The position numbers and the translations under genes were made by a program. From Pyrobaculum aerophilum str. IM2 (lineage in GTDB: Archaea > Thermoproteota > Thermoprotei > Thermoproteales > Thermoproteaceae), in the NCBI RefSeq assembly GCF_000007225.1, contig NC_003364.1, positions 210,001 through 242,000 of the forward strand: a stretch of 32,000 nt of DNA, given 5' to 3'. Shown here piece by piece: positions 8,380 through 16,100 of this stretch; the stretch's first letter is position 1; every line of letters starts with the position of its first letter. The notes under the pieces were generated by a model that was not told the origin of the DNA, did no database searches, and saw only the letters and a program-made list of their open reading frames with translations.

Positions 8380-8431
8380 AGAGGCATAAAGCCGCGGAGT
8401 TAAAAAACACTGGCCCGCTGTTTTGTTAAAA

Positions 8432-9058
8432 TTATAGAGACACCCTCCTGCCCCTCATTAACGGTCTGCCGAAGTCAAACCTCTCCTCCCGCCACGGATC
8501 CCCATTGAGGGAGTAGCCCTGCGCCTCCCAGTAGCCCGGCACGGGCTCCTCCACTACCTCCAAAGCCCCGAAGTATTTAACGCTCTTCCACGCGTAGCGG
8601 GTAGGCACCACCAGCCTCGCCGGCGCGCCGTGTTTTCTGGGGAGCCTCTCGCCGTTCATTGCCCACGCGATAATTGACGTCTCCTCCATTAACGCCTCTA
8701 TTGGCAAAGAGGCCGAGTAGCCGTCTATACCCCAGGCCAAGGCGAAGGGACCGTAGGGCCTGGCCTCCTCCAGCAAAACCCTAGTCTGCACGCCCCTCCA
8801 CACCACTCTCTCCACCGACCAGCCAGTGACGCAGTGAAAGGGGGCGATTAAGTCCACACACGGGTATTTAGAGGCGAGATCCTTCAAGGGGATTTCAAGA
8901 GGGCGCTCCACTCTTCCCACAATTCTAACGACGTGTTCCTCAAATTTCACCTCCGGCGGGTCAAAGACATCGTAAATAACAAAACGATGCGCCTTGACTT
9001 GATTGGGAGGCCAGGGCAGGTCCACGCGGATCTCCCTACACTCCATAAATGTCTGCAC
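8432..9058 (-). CDS. Sulfite-oxidase-family molybdopterin-binding oxidoreductase (YedY/MsrP-like catalytic domain)
   Basis: The segments FHCVTGWSVERVVWRGV, GERLPRKHGAPARLVVPTRYAWKSVKY and the C-terminal GYWE..GY match the oxidoreductase molybdopterin-binding domain. Confidence 0.8.
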   Translation of the reverse strand: MQTFMECREIRVDLPWPPNQVKAHRFVIYDVFDPPEVKFEEHVVRIVGRVERPLEIPLKDLASKYPCVDLIAPFHCVTGWSVERVVWRGVQTRVLLEEARPYGPFALAWGIDGYSASLPIEALMEETSIIAWAMNGERLPRKHGAPARLVVPTRYAWKSVKYFGALEVVEEPVPGYWEAQGYSLNGDPWREERFDFGRPLMRGRRVSL

Positions 9059-9139
9059 GAATGTACTTAATAAATCCGCAGAGGGGCCGGGCCTGCGTCG
9101 TCCAGATCCGCCGGCGATTGGCGTCGGCTAGAGTTGTAA

Positions 9140-9645
9140 GGCCGCGTTCAATTTTCGCCTCAGCTGTTATAAGGCGTCTTACAGCTGGTCAGTCCAAGCC
9201 ACTTGCCCCCTTAACGCCTCAGCCATTTTTTAACAACGCCGCTCGCCGCCATTGCCCCCACCCTTGTTCTATACCTGAAAGAGACACGTCCGGGTCTGGA
9301 CCGCGGGAGTGATAATCGTGTAAGTTAAGCGCCCTCTCCGTCCGTGCGAACAAGCTGTCATTCCTCTAACATTTGCGATAGGGATTTCATTTTAGTGGTG
9401 GTCACTCTCGGCAGTGCCCTTTCGGCGAGCCAGCGCCTTTCTTCTTCAATTGGCGATATTCAACACAGTCCAGCCTCAGCAAAGCCCGCCAAACTTGAAA
9501 TACCAGCGGCATTTCTAGTGAGACCTTGGCTTACCAGGGACAGCCCGCCTCAAGTTGAAAATCCCTGCTGTTGTGAATGATTTGTAGCATAGACACATGC
9601 TTCCTCATTGACTGGGCTTTGTACAGCAAGATTTATTATTCAAGG
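9140..9645 (-). pseudogene. Decayed copy of the HEPN-like (paREP2a-type) gene family seen at 17875 and 20101
   Basis: The reverse complement aligns by eye with 20101-20646. For example, 9428-9448 is the exact reverse complement of the 21-mer at 20316-20336, and 9388-9420 matches AGGGCAGTGCCGAGAGTGCCCACCACTAAAATG at 31/33 positions. The ORF track shows no minus-strand ORF of 60 aa or more here, so the frame is broken. Confidence 0.6.
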
Positions 9646-9653
9646 CCTTCGAC

Positions 9654-9962
9654 ATGTGTTACATAATAGAGGAGGTGCTGGAGGAGGTACGTTCAGACAA
9701 AACTGTTGAATTCGTGGCAGAGGGCTTGGCGAGGGGGTTCTTCGCCATATACCCCTTCCGCAGGGAACTGGAGCCGTTAGTCAGAGAAATAATCATTATC
9801 TCAGACCCTAGAATTCGGAGGCTGGAACCGCCTGAGGCATACGCAATAGCAATTGGATATAAAGAGGGCGCGGTTGTTTTAACAGAAAAAAGGCGCACTT
9901 GCTTTATAAATATGTTGACAAGTTTAAAAACGTCAAAATGTGGAGGAGCTACGAGCTCCTAG
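9654..9962 (+). CDS. Hypothetical protein (102 aa)
   Basis: The ORF has an A/T box (9631-9640) about 23 nt upstream. I recognised no family, and the last ~25 aa look low quality. Confidence 0.35.
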   Translation: MCYIIEEVLEEVRSDKTVEFVAEGLARGFFAIYPFRRELEPLVREIIIISDPRIRRLEPPEAYAIAIGYKEGAVVLTEKRRTCFINMLTSLKTSKCGGATSS

Positions 9963-10237
9963 CCCACCTGGCGGAGAAAGGGTTAATAAACCTAGAAGAA
10001 GAACTCCCAAGATATGAGAGACTGGACACAGATTCCCTAGAGCGCGACGTCAGGGCCCGTGAGGCCGACTGGGAGGAGATAGAAAAGCTACCGCCTAAAT
10101 TAAAAGCCGCAGTAAAGCTGTATATTGAAACCGGCGACATCAGGCTGGCCCAGAAGCTATCGGGGCTACCCCTAGAGGACTTCGTTCAACTCCTAAGGAG
10201 AGTCAAAGTGCCGCCCTTTGTTACAGTGATAGAGTAA
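9938..10237 (+). CDS. Hypothetical acidic helical protein (99 aa from the ATG at 9938; the ORF track starts it at 9899)
   Basis: The TATA-like TTTATAAATA at 9903-9912 lies about 26-35 nt upstream of the in-frame ATG at 9938. I recognised no family. Confidence 0.4.
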   Translation: MWRSYELLAHLAEKGLINLEEELPRYERLDTDSLERDVRAREADWEEIEKLPPKLKAAVKLYIETGDIRLAQKLSGLPLEDFVQLLRRVKVPPFVTVIE

Positions 10238-10345
10238 AGATAGCTTGCGCAACAACTCCGAGCCGCAACTTTAACGCGAATGGCCTGGCGAGTTGTCCGC
10301 GCGTTGTGGCTGAAATGTATAAAAAGAAAACAGGTTAGTAGCAGT

Positions 10346-10633
10346 ATGATTGTAAAAAATGTCTACGACAATATCGCCACAAATGCCGTCGAGACCGGCC
10401 AGAGAATTTATATCATCTCAACCGCCGCTGCGTATTACGACACGTCGGTAGAGGTAATCTCCGTGAGGATTAGAAACGGCGAGCCTAAATACGTCGTGGA
10501 GGGGAGCGGAAACTTCGTCATATTCGCCGACGACGACGGGATTTGGGCCGTGGACCTAGAGGTGAAGAGGTGGAGGGGGGACTATAAAAAGGTGGTGGAG
10601 GCCCTCAGAAAAGCCCGCGTGGAGGTGTGGTAA
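10346..10633 (+). CDS. Hypothetical protein (95 aa from the ATG at 10346; the ORF track starts it at 10280)
   Basis: TATAAAAA at 10318-10325 lies 28 nt upstream of the ATG at 10346. The gene overlaps the next ORF by 7 nt. Confidence 0.45.
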   Translation: MIVKNVYDNIATNAVETGQRIYIISTAAAYYDTSVEVISVRIRNGEPKYVVEGSGNFVIFADDDGIWAVDLEVKRWRGDYKKVVEALRKARVEVW

Positions 10634-11037
10634 CGCCCCTGGAGGTAAAAATTGTGGAGACCGAGCCAGGAAGGATAGAACTCCCGGAGTTTGACATCTC
10701 TATAACATATAGCATCACCAGCGTCAAGGCGGCTAAAATAGGCGGTGGGTACTTCATAGCGACTACTATAGACATAACAGCGAGATTTATAAAGCCGGCG
10801 GGATGGGCCTTTGGCGTCTGCGCCCCCGGCAACGTCCCCTACAAGCCCGTGCAATTTACCGCCTTTAAGCCCGCCCACGCAGTAATTGAGGCGGACGGAA
10901 AGATCTTCGACATTTACGTAGAGCCAATCGCCGTCATGGTGGCAGACGGGTTCATAACACCGCTAGGCGAGCCCTGCGTCGCCTTGTCAACAGCAACGGG
11001 ATGGACTGTCAGACAACATACTCAAAACACGCATTAG
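10627..11037 (+). CDS. Hypothetical beta-rich protein (136 aa)
   Basis: The ORF is tightly packed with its neighbours. I recognised no family. Confidence 0.4.
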   Translation: MVTPLEVKIVETEPGRIELPEFDISITYSITSVKAAKIGGGYFIATTIDITARFIKPAGWAFGVCAPGNVPYKPVQFTAFKPAHAVIEADGKIFDIYVEPIAVMVADGFITPLGEPCVALSTATGWTVRQHTQNTH

Positions 11038-11297
11038 AAAAACACAGGAAAGACGTCGTGAAATACGCCGGGCTTGAAGCGCTGGATATAATACTCCAAA
11101 AGGCGCCTTTAGTATACAGCCGCGGCAATCCGGACGAAGTGCCTGAAAGGCTCAGGGGAATTGAAATAGAGCGGAGAAGGACGACTGTAAAATACCGATG
11201 TAAGACGTTGCGCGTGGTAATCGCAAAAACAATAAAGTGTTTTACAATAGTAACTATCTTCCCCGATCCCGAGAAACAGCCGGATCTTGAACTATGA
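11001..11297 (+). CDS. Hypothetical protein, weakly DUF4258-like
   Basis: YSKHALEK near the N-terminus and LRVVIAK...FTIVTIF near the C-terminus loosely resemble DUF4258 toxins (HA.eR ... VV...ivTvy). The resemblance is weak. Confidence 0.3.
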   Translation: MDCQTTYSKHALEKHRKDVVKYAGLEALDIILQKAPLVYSRGNPDEVPERLRGIEIERRRTTVKYRCKTLRVVIAKTIKCFTIVTIFPDPEKQPDLEL

Positions 11298-11365
11298 GAA
11301 GTGTAGAAAAATCGTCACATGCCGCTTTACGCCTTGATGGCCTCCGCGTTGCGGATCCAATTCAA

Positions 11366-11381
11366 CCCCCCCCCCCCCCCC
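11366..11381. repeat. Homopolymer C16 tract
   Basis: Direct count gives 16 consecutive C residues in an intergenic region. Confidence 0.95.
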
Positions 11382-11817
11382 TTCCGGCAGATGCCATCCC
11401 GAATGGCGCGATTTTCCTTAGTACGCCAAAGCAATAGAGGGGTGGCAAGCAGGAGCCGTAGGAAGGTTGAAGAGGCGGTGAACATATAGGGGCAATACGA
11501 CGGAGACGAAGAAAGGAGACCTCTGGCTTATTTAACGCTTAACGGGTCTGCGCCGATAGGCTCACGGCACAGCTACTCTGTTTTAAACTTGGCACCGCTA
11601 ACCTCGATAAATGCCTACAGCCGCTCCTTCTTTGCCATTGGCTCTAAAACAATGCATAATCCACAGAAACCCAACTAAAAGAAATTTACGGCGGACAAGA
11701 CCGATTTGAAATTCTACAAGCGCCGCATGATGCCATCTGACAAACTATGAAACACCTTCCCAGAGTTTTCAAAAGACTCCACGCGATCAGCGAGCTAATA
11801 GCGATCTTCAAAAAAGA

Positions 11818-12175
11818 CTTAAAAACCAGCTCGCATCTCGCTTTATGCTCCTGACGGCGGGGTTTGTGCCTTCGCTTTTGTCGCTTTCGGCGCTTAAAAG
11901 CCGCGCGTTGAGGAAGGGAGTTTGGTTTAGACTTGACCCCGCCGCCAGGGCGCTAGTAGACGCAACTCTCCTCTACCTCAAGAGAGGCGGGGTGATTAAA
12001 TCCCCCGCCTTAATAAACGCCTTGAGGGCAGTGGCCGAGAGGATAATGGCAATGACGAGTCCCCTACGGGTATTGGCGAGGGCAGTGGGCATGGCCATTG
12101 CCCGCGCGAGGGGAATTCAAGCAGACGAGGAGAGAGCTGTGGCGCTCGGCCTACAGTGGATAAACACCCCCAAGA
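11818..12175 (+). repeat. Copy A of a ~358-bp direct repeat (promoter plus most of a 120-aa gene); copy B is at 30525-30882
   Basis: The offset between copies is constant at 18707 bp. Both begin with CTTAAAAACCAGCTC, and a perfect 122-bp core lies at 11914-12035. Confidence 0.85.
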
Positions 12176-12207
12176 GGTACAAAAACTTTGCATTAGTTGA
12201 GCCATAA
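11845..12207 (+). CDS. Multi-copy family hypothetical protein (120 aa), paralog of 30552..30908
   Basis: About 90% of residues are identical to the 118-aa ORF at 30552. The TATA-like CTTAAAAACC lies 27 nt upstream of the ATG. The function is unknown. Confidence 0.6.
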   Translation: MLLTAGFVPSLLSLSALKSRALRKGVWFRLDPAARALVDATLLYLKRGGVIKSPALINALRAVAERIMAMTSPLRVLARAVGMAIARARGIQADEERAVALGLQWINTPKRYKNFALVEP

Positions 12208-12409
12208 ACACGGATTTGCAGGCGACGTGTTTCAAACAGCGTGTAGCCAAGGCGGTTCAACCAAGCACCACGGAGTGTAGACGCCATCGCGGATGGCCGT
12301 TGGCAAAGGCGGCGTGGCGCGGTTAGAGAATACCTAAAGAGCCGCTACGGTGAGACGCCCAGAAGGGCAGTTGCCCAAGCCTTAAAGTACGCCCACGGGG
12401 CCATAGCGT

Positions 12410-12662
12410 ATGAGTGGCGGGTACTACGCCTCGCCGCGGATACACGGCTCCAAGGTGCTGTTGGCGAGACTCAGGTATCTACTCGCCGCGGCGTTAATTA
12501 GCCGTTTTGTGGCAGAAAGCCGAGACGCCCTCGATCTGCTGGAGGAGAGCTACGCCATGGCCAGATCCGGGGCGGCCTCATACGGCAAGAGGCGAGGCGT
12601 GCGTGGAGACCGCCAAGAAGGCGCTCGAGACGCTTAAAGGTGTTGAACGGGCGCTGGGCTAG
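12410..12662 (+). pseudogene. Frameshifted HEPN-like gene upstream of the nucleotidyltransferase (tentative)
   Basis: Protein-like sense is split between two frames: ...GGYYAS...AESRDALDLLEESYAMARSG in one and ...GEACVETAKKALETLKGVERALG* ending at 12662 in the other. The second frame overlaps the MNT start by 23 nt. The DNA is homologous by eye to 14190-14360. Confidence 0.35.
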
Positions 12663-12990
12663 GTACGCGTTGGAGAGATTCTCCCTCCTCAAGAGGTGGA
12701 GGGAGCTAGCCGCGATTATCGCGAGGGCGTGTAGGGAGGTGGCGGGCGACTGCGAGGTGTACGTCGTCGGCGGGGCGGTCGAGGACAGGCTGACGGTGCT
12801 GAGCGATATAGACGTGGTCGCGATGGTGGAGGACCCCGCGCTGAGGACAATTGACGTCGTTATAGCGGTGAAGAGAAGGGCCGAGGAGCTGGGGCTACCC
12901 GAGGACGCCCCTATCGACCTGAAGATCTTCACCCCCAGGAATTCCAAGAACTCTTGGAACGCGGCGTTTATAAAAAAGCCGTCAGGATAG
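12640..12990 (+). CDS. Minimal nucleotidyltransferase (MNT, Pol-beta superfamily) with a 3'-terminal frameshift
   Basis: The core VYVVGGAVEDRLTVLSDIDVV is the G[GS]x(9-13)DxD-type NTase motif. After the C5 run at 12932-12936, the alternative frame reads QEFQELLERGVYKKAVRIEP* and ends at the TGA at 12996-12998, overlapping the GTG at 12995. Confidence 0.7.
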   Translation: MLNGRWARYALERFSLLKRWRELAAIIARACREVAGDCEVYVVGGAVEDRLTVLSDIDVVAMVEDPALRTIDVVIAVKRRAEELGLPEDAPIDLKIFTPRNSKNSWNAAFIKKPSG

Positions 12991-12994
12991 AGCC

Positions 12995-14002
12995 GTGAGG
13001 ATTAAGCTGACCTTCGTGCCGGGGCTGGAGGTGGAGTTCGTCGACAGGGAGATGTCGCTTAAGAAGATGGAGGAGTGGGCTAGGGAGAGCACTAGGCATC
13101 CCCAAGTCGTATTCGGCCCAGAGGGCTGTGGTAAAACCGCTTGGCTAAGGCAGTCGGCCGTTCTGCTTAAGGAGCTCGGCTTCCACGTCATTTACGTCGA
13201 TCCTTTGCGGAAGTACTTCGAAGCGTATACAGACGTGAAGGAGGTGGCTAGGCGTCTGGCAGACGCCGCAGCTGGCGTGCTGGGAAATGCAAGGGCGTGG
13301 CTCGCTACCCTCGCCATCGATCTCACCAAGCTCTTGATAGAGAGGATGAAAAAGAAAGTCGCCGTGCTCGTAGACGACGTTTTCCAAGCAATAGGCCTCA
13401 ATGAGGCGGCGCTCTATGTCAAGGCCCTCCTCGGCCTTATAGAGTACCCGCCGAGGAGCATAGACGCCATTGTCGCCGTCGTGGCCACGAGCGAGGGAGT
13501 GACGAGGAGGGAGATCGGGCGGCACAGGTGGGCCCACCTAACGCCGATGTGGAACATGCCCCGCGACGGCTTTCGCCAGCTCTACGACAAATTGCCGGGG
13601 GAAAAGCCGCCGTTTGAAAAAGTGTGGAGGGCGACGGGCGGGAACCCCAACCTCCTCGCCGAGTTGTATAAGGCTAGGTGGGATGCCGACAGCGTTGTTA
13701 AGGAGCTGTTAAGAGAAAAAAGGATAAAAGCCTTCGTCAACTCGCTGAGCGATGCGGAGAGGGAGCTTCTGAGGCGCGCCCTCGACGACCCCGACGCCTT
13801 GTTCACCAGAGAGGGCATCCCGTTGATGGATAAGCTCGTCGACATGAACCTTCTAGTCGACACCCTGCCCGAGCGCGACCCCCGGTTCTGGGCAGGAGAG
13901 CCCCCGCCCGAGAAGGACTTGGGGCTGGGAATCGGGAAAGACGTCGCCTGGCAGACGCCCCTACACAGAGAGGCCGTGAGGAGGGCTCTAGAGGGATCCT
14001 AG
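12995..14002 (+). CDS. P-loop NTPase, archaeal ATPase (Arch_ATPase/COG1672-like; paREP2b-type) copy 1
   Basis: The N-terminus is EFVDRE..L.K.EEWA, Walker A is GPEGCGKT, Walker B-like is VAVLVDDVFQ, and a VVATSEGVTRREIG segment follows. The gene is paralogous to 14428 and 20643. Confidence 0.8.
   Translation: MRIKLTFVPGLEVEFVDREMSLKKMEEWARESTRHPQVVFGPEGCGKTAWLRQSAVLLKELGFHVIYVDPLRKYFEAYTDVKEVARRLADAAAGVLGNARAWLATLAIDLTKLLIERMKKKVAVLVDDVFQAIGLNEAALYVKALLGLIEYPPRSIDAIVAVVATSEGVTRREIGRHRWAHLTPMWNMPRDGFRQLYDKLPGEKPPFEKVWRATGGNPNLLAELYKARWDADSVVKELLREKRIKAFVNSLSDAERELLRRALDDPDALFTREGIPLMDKLVDMNLLVDTLPERDPRFWAGEPPPEKDLGLGIGKDVAWQTPLHREAVRRALEGS
13104..13269 (+). repeat. 166-bp tract identical to 14540-14705
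   Basis: A base-by-base comparison gave 166/166 identity at a constant offset of 1436 bp. Mismatches flank the tract immediately on both sides. Confidence 0.9.
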
Positions 14003-14084
14003 CAGATTTCGGCAGGCCAGCCTCTCCATCCGCGAAACTCTTGGAGCCCCCATCCCAGCTCACCATTATGCAAGCACCGACACT

Positions 14085-14431
14085 TGGAGACCGAGATTCC
14101 GGAGAGCCTCGCCAGAAACGCCGCGGGAAGGGCTTGCCGATGCCCCGAAACTACAGAAAGCGGCGCCGAGGGCGCACGCTCGAGGATTTGGCAGATTCCG
14201 GAAGGCCGGCTACTACGGCGCGAGCATGCCACTAGCAATGGGATACATCCCTCAACGCGCTGCACAGAGGCCGCGCCCTGCGCCGGCAAAGGAGGCGACG
14301 AGGCGCGTCAATTCACAAAAGGGGAGGGCCAAGCAGAGTTGGGAAGGCGCCAGGGGCGTTGAGATATGAGTTGCACCATGCTAAACCGCCGTTGTGTGAG
14401 TATTTAAGCAACAGGCCAAAGCACCTCGTGA
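14085..14431 (+). pseudogene. Decayed HEPN-like remnant upstream of ATPase copy 2
   Basis: The motif ESLARNAAGRA matches ERGLVRNAAGKA of the 17875 and 20101 proteins. AGYYGAS in another frame matches GGYYAS at 12410. The relic ends at GTGAAGAGG, the same junction sequence as at 20643. No continuous frame remains. Confidence 0.4.
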
Positions 14432-15429
14432 AGAGGGTCAAGCTATCACTAACTCCCGGCATAGAGGTGGAGTTCGTAGACAGGGAATTAGCCCTCAAGA
14501 AAGTAGAAGAGTGGGCGGAGAGGAGCACAAGACTTCCCAAAGTCGTATTCGGCCCAGAGGGCTGTGGTAAAACCGCTTGGCTAAGGCAGTCGGCCGTTCT
14601 GCTTAAGGAGCTCGGCTTCCACGTCATTTACGTCGATCCTTTGCGGAAGTACTTCGAAGCGTATACAGACGTGAAGGAGGTGGCTAGGCGTCTGGCAGAC
14701 GCCGCGGCTAAGACGCTGGGAGTTGCCGAGATCAAGCTCGCCTCCCTCGTCATTGACCTCGCCGACGAGCTGATAAGGCGGAGGAAAAGGAAAATCGCCA
14801 TACTGGCAGACGACGTCTTCCAGGCAATAGGGCTGGGGGAGGCGGCGAAGTACGTCAAGGCGCTTCTTGGAATTATCGAGTACCCGCCCAGAAGCGTAGA
14901 GGCCATAGTAGTAGTGGTAGCGACTAGCGAGGGGGTTACGAGGAGGGAGATCGGGCGGCATAGATGGGCCGATCTGCTACCTATGTGGAACCTGCCGAAA
15001 GAGGGGTTTAAGCAACTATACGACCAAATCCCCGGCGAGAAGCCGTCCTTCGAGAAGGTGTGGCGCGCGACCGGAGGCAATCCCCACCTACTGGGCGAGC
15101 TCTACGAAGCGAAGTGGGACGTCGGTATTGTCGTAGACAAGCTCGTGGAGAGGAAGAGGCTGGCGCCGGGCTTTACGGCGAAGTGGCGTCCGTGGCTTGA
15201 AAAGGCCGTGGAGGACCCAGATGCCCTCTGGAGCCCGGACGCCCCGATGGAGTTAATCGACGAGCTCGAGGCGAGAAATCTCATAGTGTATCTCCTCTCC
15301 GAGAGGGACAGCCGCCTCTGGGCTGGGGAGCCCCCACCCGAGAGAGACGCAGAGCTGGGAATAGGCCGGCGAGTCGCTTGGCAGACTCCGCTTCACAGAG
15401 AGGCGGTGAGGAGAGCGCTGGGGGCGTGA
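14428..15429 (+). CDS. P-loop NTPase, archaeal ATPase (paREP2b-type) copy 2
   Basis: It carries the same motifs as copy 1. I place the start at GTG 14428 (VKRVKLSLTPGIEVEFVDRE) by alignment with the GTG AAG AGG start at 20643. The ORF track extends it upstream to 14359. Confidence 0.8.
   Translation: MKRVKLSLTPGIEVEFVDRELALKKVEEWAERSTRLPKVVFGPEGCGKTAWLRQSAVLLKELGFHVIYVDPLRKYFEAYTDVKEVARRLADAAAKTLGVAEIKLASLVIDLADELIRRRKRKIAILADDVFQAIGLGEAAKYVKALLGIIEYPPRSVEAIVVVVATSEGVTRREIGRHRWADLLPMWNLPKEGFKQLYDQIPGEKPSFEKVWRATGGNPHLLGELYEAKWDVGIVVDKLVERKRLAPGFTAKWRPWLEKAVEDPDALWSPDAPMELIDELEARNLIVYLLSERDSRLWAGEPPPERDAELGIGRRVAWQTPLHREAVRRALGA
14540..14705 (+). repeat. 166-bp tract identical to 13104-13269
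   Basis: This is the partner of the tract described at 13104-13269. Confidence 0.9.
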
Positions 15430-15500
15430 TTAAAGCGCCGGTACGGCAGGGCGATTTAGTTATGTTTTAAAAACAAGTCCCCTAGTTTTAACCAGTGGCC

Positions 15501-15996
15501 GTGATAGTTATTCCCAAGCATATTGCTGAAGAGGCCGGGAGGAGGGGGCTAGATTTAGAGGAGTTTGTATTGAGAGCTCTCGGCGAGGCTTTAAATTTAG
15601 ACCCAGAAGAGTGCTCAAGACGAGAGTTGAAATAGCGGAGAGAAATTTAGCGGAAGCGAGGGAATACGCGGCAAAGGGAAATCCCGTACAGGCGAGCGAG
15701 AAGCTCTACAGGGCGGTGGAGGAGTGCATAAAAGCGCTTGCCGAAAAACACAAAACGCCCCAGCTGGAGATTGTTAGAAAAAGGGGGAGGTGGGACACTT
15801 GGCTATTAGGCCAAGCGGCGACTGACTTGAGCAAAATGCTCGGCGAGGAGAGGATTAAACACACGTGGGCTGTTGCATACGACGTACATGTGTGGGCCTC
15901 CACGAGGCTAAGTACAGAGTAGAAGACGTCGAGGCGGCTATGCCGCTGGCCGAGTGGCTACTAAACTACACCAAGAGGGCTATAAAGGCCGAGTAA
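15501..15996 (+). pseudogene. PaREP1-like (HEPN-superfamily) gene interrupted by two -1 frameshifts
   Basis: Three consecutive frames together give a typical PaREP1 layout. The first runs from GTG 15501: IPKHIAEEAGRRGLDLEEFVLRALGEALNLDPEE. The second runs from 15611: RVEIAERNLAEAREYAAKGNPVQASEKLYRAVEECIKALAEKH...AYDVHVW. The third runs 15898-15996: LHEAKYRVEDVEAAMPLAEWLLNYTKRAIKAE*. TTTAAAAA at 15466-15473 lies upstream of the first frame. Confidence 0.6.
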
Positions 15997-16100
15997 AGCG
16001 TCACTACTAATGGGAGTCTTGACCAGAGATCTGGACTTAATAAGGCGCATAAGCTGGCGAGGGCGCGCGGGACGGCAAAGACAAGAAGCAAAACAACAAC

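Noticed and set aside
9886-9891. A6 run as a frameshift fusing ORFs 9654..9962 and 9899..10237
   Set aside because: A TATA-like box at 9903-9912 and an in-frame ATG at 9938 give a simpler explanation of two separate genes. A fusion cannot be excluded without homologs.
11715-11745. C/D-box-like sRNA (CATGATGC followed by CTGA)
   Set aside because: The two boxes are only a few nucleotides apart. There are no second C'/D' pair, no guide-length spacers and no terminal stem.
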